DNA of 59,489 nucleotides from Phoronis australis (Eukaryota > Animalia > Phoronida). Position 1 is the first letter of the stretch; each line of letters starts with the position of its first letter. Below, piece by piece: positions 12,641-25,300 of the stretch. Both the position numbers and the translations under genes were made by a program. The notes beneath the pieces were generated by a model. The model was not told the origin of the DNA. It did not search any database and saw only the letters and a program-made list of their open reading frames with translations. The stretch lies in assembly GCA_002633005.1 (NCBI GenBank), contig NMRA01000303.1, positions 124,366 to 183,854 of the forward strand, in the 5' to 3' direction.

Positions 12641-13429
12641 AGAATAACATGCACTGAAAGTCTGGGAATATCATGCATTGAAATTCTGGATATACCATTC
12701 CAGATGGAAGTGAATTGTCCAAATCTCATACAGATGAGTCCTTAGAGACCTTTGCTGTGAACCAGAGACTCGTTACTCTCAAGTCAAAGTGTCCCATACT
12801 GTCTCTTTCAGTCTGAGTCTAGATGTGATAAGTGACTGCTTTTCCTTTGCGCTTGTTCACATTAGGGCAGATGTAGTAAAAATGATCACATCTAGATGTC
12901 AAACATCATGAAGTATTTTAGTGCCTTGTAGTGACCTTCCTAAATGAGTATGATTAATTTACTCACAATTCGACTCATGGCTTGCAGTTTTATGTGACAG
13001 AAGGCAAGATCAAATCAAATCCAGGCATGCACTACTGTTTGACTAAATGAGATGTTTAACATCTCCTTCCCAACTGACAACAGCCACTACAGGATCTAGA
13101 GCAAAGCCTTAGTCTAGAAACCTTCAAGATATTCCACATGATTGGTTATTAAATTGTCACAGCATTTCCAATTGATAAACTTGCTCTTTGGTGGTTTCCA
13201 GAAAAGATTCACATGACCAGGTACAAGGACACGTTCTTGCTTAACGCCACTGTGGACGTCAAAGGTATCTGATGTTGAAGTGTCAAGAGCACAAAAACAT
13301 CAGGGATAATTTCATAAAAACATGGCCATGGGTCAATTCACACACAGACCTCAATCCTATGAGATAACTTGGGGATCCATGGGTCATGCTAGTATTTTCT
13401 GTCTTTCGAAATGATTCTGGGCAGATTGT

Positions 13430-13980
13430 GTTTGGTGACCTGGGAAAAATCTGAAGTTGCCACTGTGAGTATAAAAGTTGTACTCGTTTAAAAGTTTGTA
13501 TTGAATTCCAAACTTTAAATTATTAACAGTTTTCCTAGATTCATTACCTTTAATTCACAATTGTTTTGTTTATTTCGTGAAATCTGTGCATTTGTCACAG
13601 CAGTCAGCCCACATCAAATGTACTTAAGTTACAACATGAAGTAAACAGACGGAAGTCGCAATTGTTCGGTAAATATCAGGCAACATCGGTGACAATGACG
13701 CCACCAGTGTGTGCAATTGTCTGCGTTCTAAGGCTTGCCCATTTGTGGGAGGAATGGAGTTGGAGTATGAATTTACATTCATGGGGAGATATTGGAGATG
13801 TAGCCGTAAGATACTGAGAATGAGCATGTTACAACCATGACCTTTTTTAGTTGACAAATTTTATGACGAGTAAGCAACCGGAGATATTTCATTTGGTGAC
13901 CTGGGATTTTCAGTTCTGGCGACCTCAGATTTCTGCCAGGTCGACAAATGCGATTTGGCATTAATCTAATCGTCGAGCAA
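13430..13980. mobile_element. Degenerate hAT-like MITE related to 55700-55868
   Basis: Shared G(C/T)GACCTGGGATTTT subterminal repeats and a ..AGGTCG..AAATGCGA..CGTCGAGC end. Confidence 0.45.
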
Positions 13981-14631
13981 TATAATATGTATGGTTTCGT
14001 CTGCTACCTCAGCAAGTTACGCCATTAGTGATTGATGTAAATAATTAATACATAAACCCAAAGTTGGGATCTGTATTCTCTCAATATGCTAAACTAACTC
14101 ATCACTAACAATGTTTTGATCACTGTCATAAGCTTTGATCAGCTGCTCTACCTGAGAAAAAAATCAAGTGAAGTTAATTGCGCTCCTCAGCCAGATGCCA
14201 ATTATTCTTTTGCTGTTGCCTCAGAGTCTTATACTGATTATCTCCTCTGCTACTGTTACATATAACACAACTCTCCATGTAATTGTTTCCCCTTATTAGC
14301 ATGGTGGTGTTTCCAGTTAAGCCATCTTAGTGAATCAATACAATTATTTATGCGCCAATGACATGGAGTGTGCTTCTGAAGTGTTGTGTTCATCCCACCT
14401 AATGAACAGAGTTTGATTTGGTGACCTGCAAGTAGTTGTTCAGCAAGAATTGATTTGTTTGTGAGTCACGCACACGTAATGTCTAACGTGTGCTCATCAA
14501 CAGCTTCTGCCTTAGGTGGGCCTGTGAAGGATGTTGGGCTCGAGAGCAGGAGAGGTGCTTGTAATTCTCCGTTTGATCAAAAAAATGAATAGTTCATCAA
14601 CACAGGCTGTGGAGAACACTGCAGTGTTATG

Positions 14632-15031
14632 CAGGGGTTCACCACGGATTTCAAAAATAGGGTGTCCAAAATGTGTTTCACAATATCTCAAGAGTGTCCA
14701 CGACTAATGACATGTGACTCTGTTTCCATGTCATATTGCTGACATAGTTTGTTAAATGTTACTGTGGAGACAAGGGGCTGCAAAAAAGTTCATTGTGTCT
14801 TATACCATATCTTAACTCTTTCATTCTGCACAAGCCAGTAAGCTCCCAGGGCTACTATTATCAAGTTACAAGAGACATCAATGCAGTGTTTACTTGGATA
14901 TTTTAAATAGTAGGACGTCTTAATGCTGAACAGGGTGTCACTGAACAAGGGCGTCCCAACTAGGGTGTCTAAATTTGAGTCAGGGTGTCCATTTGGATGC
15001 CCTGGGCAGACGCCCACTAGATGACTGCCTG
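14632..15031 (+). mobile_element. hAT-like MITE, 400 bp
   Basis: CAGG...CCTG termini, imperfect 8-bp TSD GTGTTATG/GTATCATG, repeated GGG(T/C)GTC motifs; a related copy starts at 9549. Confidence 0.65.
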
Positions 15032-15174
15032 GTATCATGGTAGCCATAATAGTAATAAATTATTAGATTATACCAGTATGAAAATGGATGTCGTTTGTGA
15101 AGGAAAGATATCATATGCTTTACGGTGGATGTCACCTTTGTTCGCATTAGAAACGTGGTGTAAGAGAGGATATT

Positions 15175-15562
15175 CAAGGTACCTAAACTACACAGTAAAC
15201 GGACTGATTAACACGGGCACGGACACATGAACACGACTCACGGACCTGCAAACACGATCCACGCACCCAAATACACGGGACACGGACTCATATTCACGAG
15301 GAAACACGATTAACAGACCGCCAAACATGGGTCACGGACTCATTGGCTTTCTGGGTCAGCTGACGTCTTCATTTTGTCCTTAATCCGTGTTTGGCGGTCC
15401 GTTAACCGTGTTTCCTCGTGAATAGGAGTCCGTGTCCCGTGTATTTGGGTGCGTGGATAGTGTTTTGTGAGTCTGTTCCTGTGTTTGTGATTCAGTGGAC
15501 GGTGTTTGCAGGTCCGTGAGTCGTGTTTATGAGTCCGTTGACCATGTAGTTTAGGTACTTTG
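15175..15562. mobile_element. Foldback MITE (long inverted repeat), 5-bp TSD ATATT
   Basis: CAAGGTACCTAAACTACA ... TGTAGTTTAGGTACTTTG. The arms are complementary over about 150 bp with internal CACGGA/TCCGTG subrepeats. ATATT lies at 15170-15174 and 15563-15567. Confidence 0.88.
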
Positions 15563-15957
15563 ATATTGAGCTGCCTGCCCCGACAAGGCCAAAGACACCA
15601 CTAAGTCATAAATTCCTTCTTGATTGCATGTTTCCACACCTGTCTGATAACAAAATTACATTGATAGCAGATCTATATTTATTAGCTCAAATGTCACACC
15701 ATGAACCAAGGTAGACTGATTACGTGAACACTGCCTAGTTGCAAATTCAGTTTTGGCTACAAGGATGCTGCAGTTTGAGATACTGTAGTCATTATTTCAA
15801 GTTCCCCTGTCTGCCAACAACATCAAAAACCTTAAAGCGGTAAAATATGCTAATTCCATCACAAAAAACTTTTGATTTAGACAACTAATTGGTCTCAAAC
15901 TGTTCCTTATTCACACAGATGATTTAAAGGATTTAGCTCAAAATTGCAGGAGACCAG

Positions 15958-16355
15958 GGCCCGGTCTCTAATCTTTGAACTCGAAACGAACTCGAAACTA
16001 TTTTTGGCAATTTCTCTGCTCCTTTTGTGCGAACTTAAGATAATTGGTTATCAGACTGTGCTCAAATACATTATAGTTTATGCATAGGAGTTTCTAGTTC
16101 AAGTTTGCCCTTGAAGACCCTTATATTTGTGCTACAAACTCGAGTAAAAACTCGAAACTTCGAGTTCAAACTCGAACTTATTGCTTTAATATTGGGTTTA
16201 CAAACTGTGAACTAAGGGCAATAAATTATCTACGTAAGTTATTGTGTACTCGAGCATAGAATAATAGACACTCATCTTGAGTTCGCCCAGAAGAGTAGAA
16301 AATGCCAAACCTAATTTCGAGTTCCATTTCGAGTAAAATGATTGGAGACCGGGCC
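15958..16355. mobile_element. PIF/Harbinger-like MITE, 398 bp, TSD CAG
   Basis: TIR GGCCCGGTCTC(T/C)AATC, a 3-bp CAG duplication on both sides and CTCGAAA subrepeats; related copies at 51632 and 57136. Confidence 0.85.
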
Positions 16356-16433
16356 CAGGTTCTTCAAGTTGGCTTGTCATCGCCTTCACCAGTCAAGTCA
16401 GTTTATTATTCTTGAACCACACTTGGCGTTGAA

Positions 16434-17745
16434 CCAAGGAGTGTACGTAGAATAGAAGAGTTCACTCTGCCATCTTGCCATTTGCTGCAATGGTTATTGG
16501 TCGAAAAACTAGCCCCCCAAGCAGCGAATAAGCAACACTAATTTAGCGGCGCAGTCCGTGCCATGTAAATACTGGTAAATTCACACTTTAATGATGGTCG
16601 ATGTGCAATAAAATTATTGTGTGATTGAAAATGGGTAAAATACATACACTAACATCCACTTATAAATGAATGAGAATGAAAATGTGTGTTTTAATCATTA
16701 AAGTGTATTTGCTTTCATTCTCTTGAAGCTCCCTTCAAAAGCCATCATAGGTTTTGTTTCATGTTTGAGTTCTAAATAAGGCAAATTACCATTCCTTATA
16801 ACTTTTCATACCTCCATGAACTACATAATTTAGTGATCGCTCCTGGGGTTTCAGGAGGAGTTGCCCCCAGGTGCCAGCAAAAGGGAGGAGTGCAAACCAG
16901 GTGGGTGCCAAATGGGTATTGACCCTCCCAGGGGGGTACACAGGAGTGCTAAGCAGGTAAAAACCAATGGGGTATGCCACCTGAGTGTTGAGCACCTCCC
17001 ATCGTCACAAATTTTGGTTGTTTCCCTGACCATTGACAGCACGTGCTGAGGTGGTGATAAGATTTGGCCCTCTTTTTGTACGTGACCCCAAGGACTTTTC
17101 CTTGTAATGACTGGTGGCCATCATGTCCCAGTACCATCCTGTGTGTTATCCAATTTTTCGTTTACAAAGTGCTCCCAGCTCACTGGGCATTTCATGTCTA
17201 TCCAACAATTTTGAATGTGTTCCCTATCGACTACGCCAAGCTGGTACCAGTGCAGATAATTGGTTTGTGCAAGTAAGAAGAAGAACACAAGACAATTCAT
17301 CACTACCATAGCACTGTATTCCATTCTGATGCTCCCTCACATATACTTTTAGTAGACGGACGTTGACAACAAAGTATCTGCAGAAGGCAGAGCGTAGCCT
17401 GTGTAGTAGCCTACACTGCAGACGGCAGCAGCACCGGGACTGTAATCGGCTTGTCTTCCAACCGCGAATTACAGAACACACACAACGAAAGACAATGTAT
17501 AATATTATTGAATAACAAATAATCTTTACTTTTCTGGATCCTTAGGAAACGTAAAAAATGACACGCTTAGGGTTTTCGTGGATGAATTAGTGCAATCTAT
17601 GGCACTGCAAAATACGGCCTTCCCCATTGTTTTCATGCTTTCTACTTGACTGTTGCTTATTCACCACTTGGCGGTATTAGTAGTAGCAATAAACGCGAAC
17701 TCACAAATGAACTCTCCTATTGTACTACAGTACAACACTCCTTGG
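16434..17745. mobile_element. Unclassified TIR DNA element, 1312 bp, 5-bp TSD TTGAA, with a possibly decayed coding interior
   Basis: TIR CCAAGGAGTGT...AATAG(A/G)AGAGTTCA at both ends; TTGAA at 16429-16433 and 17746-17750. Confidence 0.8.
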
Positions 17746-18527
17746 TTGAACTACCTCATGCAGTCGCAGGTTGTATAGTGAACAATGCGATTTTATGTTA
17801 GATCTTTTGGCTGTGTCTCAGTGTTCTTTCGCAAACAAGGATAGCAGTAGAGGTCCTTGACTCAACCATATGTCTCCAGACTTATTCAATACATAAATTG
17901 ACATTATTAACACCCAACAAATTACTTCAAGTCTGAATATAAAACAGGTCCAGATCAATTTTAGTAGGAGATGGTCTAAATCAAATATTGCTTCTTGGAC
18001 AGAACTTGGGTTTATGGATGCTTTAATTAAAACTAATCACGGAGAAAATAAACAATAACTTCAAAAAATGAATGAGAGGACAATAGACTGTAATTATGGT
18101 TAGAAGAAATACATGCTTGTTTATCACTGCTATGTTTTAGTCCAAAAAGTAAAGCAAATACCCAGGCAAATAGGAATGTATGGTCCGAGGAACAATGAGA
18201 TTGGCTTACTGAAAGTGCAACGATCTGCAAGTGCAAGGAATTACCTGGCCGATTACTGAGAAACACAATTCCTCTGTCTCGAGGAATTAATCAATTAATT
18301 CATACCTGAACTGATCCAACGAGTATTTAAAATTTGATATCGTATCAATGAAAAAGCTTGACAAGCACTAACTTAAACGCTCAAGTAGAAAGCGTCTCTT
18401 CTTTGAAGCCAACCAACAGCCCCAGATTTTTATGAATGACAGCAAGTCCCAGGATGTGGGACACTTGATCAATGAATGAACTCGGATGACTGGCTCCCGA
18501 TTTCATTCAAACAGTTAGCTTACTTAC

Positions 18528-19140
18528 CACTTTCAATCTGTTTATTCTATTGAAGTGTTGAAATAAGATTCCACAAGTAGTTTTTTAACGACTTCATACG
18601 CCGATTAAAATTTAATTTGTATTTTCTTGTGTGTTACCTTAACATTTACTTTGCAACCAAGTCTGCAACATCAGCACGTGGTTAACATTAGTCTGTATTT
18701 CATTGGCCGGTCTCTAATTTATGCATGATTTAGGTCAAAGCAGGTGCGTGCACTTTCAAAGGTAGGACACGCTTTTTAAATGCATATTTTGTTGAAAAAA
18801 TGTAGATGTCATATATTTCATGATTTTTTTGATTTACTCATGTACAAAAATTTCTATTTTCTGAAGAACCATGCTGAATTAAAGTTAAATTTTCCACTTC
18901 AATAATGTGATTACTGATCTCAGAACCCCAGTAGAATAGTCCATTTTTGTTTTTCAGAAAAAAGTAATTTTTAGTAATAATTTAGTTTGAAAATCTTTTA
19001 ATGAGGTTTTGAATAATTGTAAATAATTACAAAGGAGCAACTTAAAGCAATTCTTTGAACGATTCTGTTTTTTAACTTATTTCAACTGTTTCCACTTCGC
19101 CTGACAATTCTCAATTTCTATCGCACCATAACCCACAAAG
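18528..19140. promoter_or_regulatory. Candidate shared promoter region for ALIX (+) and CDK4/6 (-)
   Basis: Lies immediately upstream of the ALIX ATG. Has an E-box CACGTG near 18675, ATTGG near 18702 and a minus-strand consensus donor GTG|GTAAGT at 18522-18527. Inference only. Confidence 0.3.
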
Positions 19141-19340
19141 ATGGCTGCTTTGGAAGTGCCAGTAAAGAAAACTTGGGAAGTGGATTTAATAAAACCTTTG
19201 CGAGGTTTCATTCAGACCACGTTCGAAGGGTCTAACCCCGAAGACTACAACCATGCATTAGCTGAATTTAGCAAATTACGTAACCAGGTGATTTCTAAAG
19301 TGCTAGACAAGCACGAATCATCGTTAGACGTTTTGTACCG
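19141..19340 (+). CDS. PDCD6IP: ALIX exon 1
   Basis: [20 protein letters not shown]...LDVLYR; donor CG|gtaagt. Confidence 0.95.
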
Positions 19341-22300
19341 GTAAGTAAAAATGGTTTGTTTATCCCGGAAGCAAACAAATTTGTGACGAATGAGTTCTCT
19401 TGCTTTGAGCAATAACGGAACTAGTGCACTGTTTTCTCTCATAGCGACTCATAATCCATTTTGAATATGTTTATTACTTAATGTTTAGAAGTTATTGAAG
19501 ACTTTACGATGTCTAATCTCATCGATGAGTCATTATCAGGAGACATTGACTCGACACTGGCAGCTTGAGAGGAATTTCACTTTATATTTCAAAGACCACG
19601 TATGCCTGAATTTGGAATAGCCGTGTAAACTTGACAAGTTCACTCACGTTGATAAGAAATTGCGCTGCACTAAAGCAAATCGGATGAACATAATGCAAAT
19701 TTTAGACAGTCTGTATTGGTTTTTCAACTATTGTTAATCTCACTCAGCTAACAATAATTGATTAACCATTCACCAATTCCTCAGATTCTGTGACTCTCAA
19801 CTACATACCTTGGAATCATAATTAGCTTCTGCAAATAAAATACATATTGTTCAAAAGTATTTCAGGGCCCTTTAATCCCTCGATTTTGCGGTCATATGTC
19901 GGCTCCATTCCCCTTTGAAAATTGTTGAAAAATCACGCGAAATTCTCCTCCAAAAATTTCCCTCAAGTATCAACTTCTTCCTTAGTCAGATCAGGAATGG
20001 TACTGGGAAAAATTTTGGCGGCATAAAACTGACAGTTCGTTATTCTTTGAGGTTGAGGCCATGCTAGATTCAAAAAAATTACACGCTTAGCAAAATGTCA
20101 GCTCACCAAATACAACTTGGCAAAATTCCCAGGTTGCCAAATGGGAAATGATCTGGCTAAAAGCGGAAAAATTCACTTGTGGACAGTGCAATTGCATACT
20201 TATGTACATGTTTTCCAGTTCTATTAATTAGGAATCAAGGTAGCACCGTCCTGTGTATCCCGAATTTCTCTGTTTGGTTAAAGAAAAGCTGCTACTGGAC
20301 CATTTTCAGGCGCTACCACGGTCATTTCACCTTTGTTTACTTTCTACCAAGGCATATAACAGGAAAATGTTGTTTACGCATACCTCATAGATGGTCCCTA
20401 CCGGCTTTTGCAGAACATTTCCGGTTTTCTACTCCCAGTTGTTCTTAGATCAGTGGCGACTGGGATTTTTACCAAGTTGCTAGGAAACAAAATTTGAGGT
20501 CACGTTAGAGATCTGCAGGTCTCCAAATCAAGCCGTGCAGCATGGCAAGCCAGCTTGTACAGACTGATATCAATGTAAATCAATAACAAACTTTCAGCTC
20601 TGTTGAAGCCCTGACATTACCTGCAGTTTGACTGATGAACTGTTTTAGAACAATAACCAAAAATTGTTTTTGTAGTGGACGGTAGGTATACAGCCACTTT
20701 AAATAACATCAAGTGGCAAGGTTTTAAAAGGTAATAGTCGGATATAAAGTGCCCACATTTTGAGAACCAGTTTTCTCCACTGAATAACAGACATCAACTG
20801 GTTCTCGAAATGTGGGCACGTTATATCCAACTATTGCCGTATTAGGATGGTCACGGTTCTGTTCAAATGACATGTAGTTTTACAACTACAAGGCTCTGTT
20901 TTGAACAACCCCCATGATAATCGACAATCGCGGTTCACGACAGTCGCGGGTGACTCCACTTGACTTTCTTGATTTAAGAGGTAATTTCTTGCAACAAATA
21001 TTTAACCTGTTTTCATCAACTTTTAAAACTTGTCCGCAAAATTATGTAGAAAAGATGAGAATTTTATAATCGCTTTAATAATACAAACATTCGTCAACAA
21101 ACTGCAACTGAAATAGGCGTGTAATCATTGTACAGTAGTTTTCTAGTTTCTACTAGACTGTAACACTTTTTTTCTTTTGGACAAAAAATTCTCATATTTT
21201 CAAACTTTACATAACTAAGTCGAACTCGTCACGGCAAAATTCAAACTTGATGCAGTGACGAGTCAAAACAGGATGTGGAGAACACTGCGGAAAACTGACT
21301 AACCAAGTAATGGCCGCGGGCACCTTGTTACCAAATTGCAGTTTGTGTGTTAATGGTTGCAATAGCTATCACTCAGGATTGTGCAGGCACAATATTTTTA
21401 GTTGGCATTGTTCTTCCACCAAATTACTTTCTTATTGAAGGGAAGATTGCAAATTAGTTATTATTAACATATTATTAACATATTATTAACATATTATTTT
21501 AGGTACTATGACCAACTTGTTGCCATTGAGTCCAAACTACCTATCGCAGAAAATCAGATCAGGATCACATTCAAGTGGCAAGATGCCTTCGACAAGGGAT
21601 CCTTCTTAGCTGGGAAAGCAACATTGGGTAACAGCTTTTGTGTAGATCTTCAAGTGTGATTTTGTTGCGGTATTCCCCCTAATAAGCGCCCAGGCCGCTT
21701 AAAAAAAGTCATTTCAGGAGGGGGGTGCTAATTATAGCCTAAGCCGGTTGAAATCCGGTCTCTGAAATGGCTGAAAACTAATAAGCTAGGATTCATCAAA
21801 TTTACATTCTGTGAGGTATTTGTAACCTATGACAGACTTTCTACAAAATTGTGGTGCATTGCTATCGAGCTTCATTGTTAAATTACGATCATATTTTAGA
21901 AAACTGTGCTGAAATCCCAGGTCAAAAACTTGCCGACTGATGCGTCGCTGCTTCGCAATTGCTGATAGAGCAACTTAAATTCTTGAACGAAAATGCAGTT
22001 TCGACATAACAAGTTACCTGAAGTCCTAACTAAGTTTTCAAAATAGCGTCCTTATAAGATTTTTAAGTTCTCATGGAGTCGGAATTAACTGCATATTAAG
22101 TCCAAATCTGCTCTAGATTGTACCCCATAACATGAGAAAAATCTCTGGACGAACACAGTGCGTTGTTGTCACGTAACCTTTGTTTTGAAGTTTGTATGCG
22201 TGTTGTGTGAGTGAGCGAGCACGTGCGTGTCATCAGAGTTCATTTGCCAGGGTAAACGCAATCTTCTAGGTGTGCATTGTAACTAAAGAAAGTAACACAA

Positions 22301-25300
22301 GCAGTAAAGCAGAACATGTTTATTTAGCACTTGTTGATCTCGTCTGCGAAAGAATGTTCGAGAATTGTCTCGGTGAGTCAACGGATAACTGGATGCGTGA
22401 CAGTGTAACACTTATTTTCTGGGAGATTCGGGGGGTGTAAGGGTTGGGAAGTGTTCGCTGTAAGTGGATTATTATGACTTTAAAAACACCAATTATGATT
22501 AATTAAATAATTCCTCTTAAAAATAACGAGAATGTTTTTTATGGTATTAGAAACTTTTGGAAATTAGTGGCAATATTTATTTCTTGCCGATGCTATGCTA
22601 CCCCTTTCATGAATCGATAGTTCCCGAAGACTAATGTCTTCGATGACAGGTACATGTATGTAGCGCACGCTTCCTGGCCACGTGCTTTTAACAAAGGTCA
22701 ATTTTTATTAGTCCATCGATTCGTAGTTTTCACATGAACAAATAAATTTGGATTAATGTTGAGAGAGAAGGTCTGTACGGGAAAGATACAATACAATCCA
22801 TTTGACAAGTACGCTGCGTCTGTTCTGAAATGCCAGGCCATAATGGGACACATTCCTCACAAGATTAGCTAAACTTTGGCGTTAAGCACGGCAGAAGTTA
22901 GAAGTGTATAGTCACGGCTAAATACCGACATATGGGCGAGGATTGTGGTCTACATATTCTGCACACAATGATTTTTAAGGACTGCTGGATCTTATTGATA
23001 AAGTGAAGACGTTACTGTAGAATTTTAGAACTGTAGATAAGGCATTTTTCGCACATACACATTCGTGGACTTGGCGCTTATTTTAGCGAAGTCTGAAAAT
23101 GCGTGGGGGCGCTTATTGGGGTGAATACGGTAAACGTATTGTAGTCATGAAGTTATGATACATACTACAAGCACGATTCACACATTCTGGCAATAGTCCC
23201 ATTAATTTGGTGGTACCTAAATTAGTTTCATCCACTTTACAATGAGCATCATTCACTGATTGTTGTTAAATCGAAATCATGGACTATTGAACAGCGCTAT
23301 TTGGCCACACTAATTGGCATCATTTGAGTGGAGCTTTCTTTTTATAGCACAGTTGTTGGTGCATTTATGAATATCTAAAAATATTTGATTGTGTGGTGGC
23401 TTGGAATTACAAACTGCATCTTAAACCAAAGATTTCCGTATGTATATCTGCAACAAAACTGTTGACTTTTAAATAACGGACCATCTCTGTTATTACTGGA
23501 GTATTCTTGTCAACTTGTTAGCTGCAAAATTTCAGTTGAGGATTAAACAATTAAAAAAAATTAAGTTATTGAGTAACTGTTTTAGGACAGGAATGAACTT
23601 TCTAAAACATTTGTGGAATTGTTCTCTAAAAAGCTATGAAAGTTGTGTGTATGTATTTTTAGGCAATAGTCACGTATACGGTTTCTGCATCCTGGATTTT
23701 GCCAGATTGTTGCCTCTCATTCAAAACTGGTTCTAAAAATCCTGGATCTCTGTAAGTAACTGTCAACATAATCACATTGCTAGATTAAACATTAATGCCA
23801 TGCTTATTCTATTACAAGCCATCTCCTCCGCCGAGTATGAAAAGGTCTGTGTACTTTTTAACATCGCCGCTCTTCAAAGTCAGGTTGCTGCCGTGCAAAA
23901 TCCTGACGATGACGATGGCCTCAAGCTGGCTGCAAAACTATACCAGGTGGGTGTGGTTACAGGTACAGTGTGGGTGTGGTTGCAAGTGTCAAGTGAATGT
24001 GGTTACATGCTGGTGAAGTTACATGCGGGTGTAGTTACAGGTATATAGTGGGTGTGGTTACTGGTACTATGTAAGTGTGGTTACAAGTGTTGGGTGGTTT
24101 TGGTTACAGGTGGGTGTGGTTACAGCGCCTGGTATAAAGTGGGTGTGGTTACTGATACCAGGTGGGTATGGTTACGGGTACTATGTGGGTGCGGTTACAA
24201 GTGTCGGGTGGTTGTGGTTACATGCGAGTGTAGTTACTGGTGTAAAGTGGGTGTGGTTACTGCTACCATGTGGGTGTTGTTACTTGTACCAGGTGGGTGT
24301 GGTGACAGGTGCCGTGTGGGTGCGGTTACCATAATTGCTAACTTATTTCGCATTAAATAGTTGTCAAAATTGTAATTTTTAAATGGCTGATTACATTGGC
24401 GTACGTGAAAGGAACTTGACCAAATGTGGTGTTATGACATCTATATGGTACAAACAAAGCTAGTAATAGGCTAGAATTTTCTTTTTTTTCATTTTTGTTG
24501 AGAAATTTGACAAAATAAATTTCCATTTGTCCATCATATAGGTGAAGAATTACCACGCAGTAGACCTGTGTACCATTCGCAAAACTTACATATTAATACT
24601 GAAATTCCACTTGCAGTTCGCAAGTTCTTGTGGACGGCAAAAAATATTCAAGTCAAGACAATTTGGGTGTGGTTACAGGCGGGTGTGGTTACAGGCGGGT
24701 GTGGTTACCGTAGACCCGTTTGCTTTTGTGTATAATGCGTAGTGTAGGTCTTGTTGGAATGGAAGAAGAAGAAGGCTTGGTTTAAAAATTCAAAAATTAC
24801 TTTTACCTCTTGAATTTTAATCAAAAATATTTCAAGTGGGAGCAGCAATTATATGTTCAACTTGATATGCCAACTTAATGTGAAACTTGGAAAAAACAAG
24901 TTAAAAATCATCTAACTGTTGATTACTTTTCCGAGCTTAGCTTCAACGTGGAATCACTCTCACAATCCCTGCAGTCGCAGTTCTTTGCTTTGTTGGAGGT
25001 AAACCCCACTCTATAAATGGCTGAGTATTTTAAACATATTTATCTGGTACAGTCACAAGCCTCAATTTCAGCGAATGGTCGGCAGGCCACTGCAACAATT
25101 GATGATTTGTAATAAACTGACAACAACGCAACAGATTTTGTTGTTTTGTTGTGCTGGTCAACTCTAATAACTTCAAGAAGTCTATCCCATCAGATAGTAA
25201 TTCCAAAAATGCATTTTCGGCCTTAACACCGACAACCTCTCTTTAACTACCGCTGCGGGAATTAAGAGAGTCGGAGGAAAAACTTACTTTTTAACTTTTC

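Noticed and set aside
12050-13420. Stretch that looks like decayed coding sequence
   Set aside because: The frames examined gave no recognisable protein motif; only a SINE-like piece could be identified.
24052-24360. Cys/Val/Trp-rich ORFs resembling keratin-associated or metallothionein-like proteins
   Set aside because: Translations of the GTGGGTGTGGTTAC minisatellite inside an ALIX intron.
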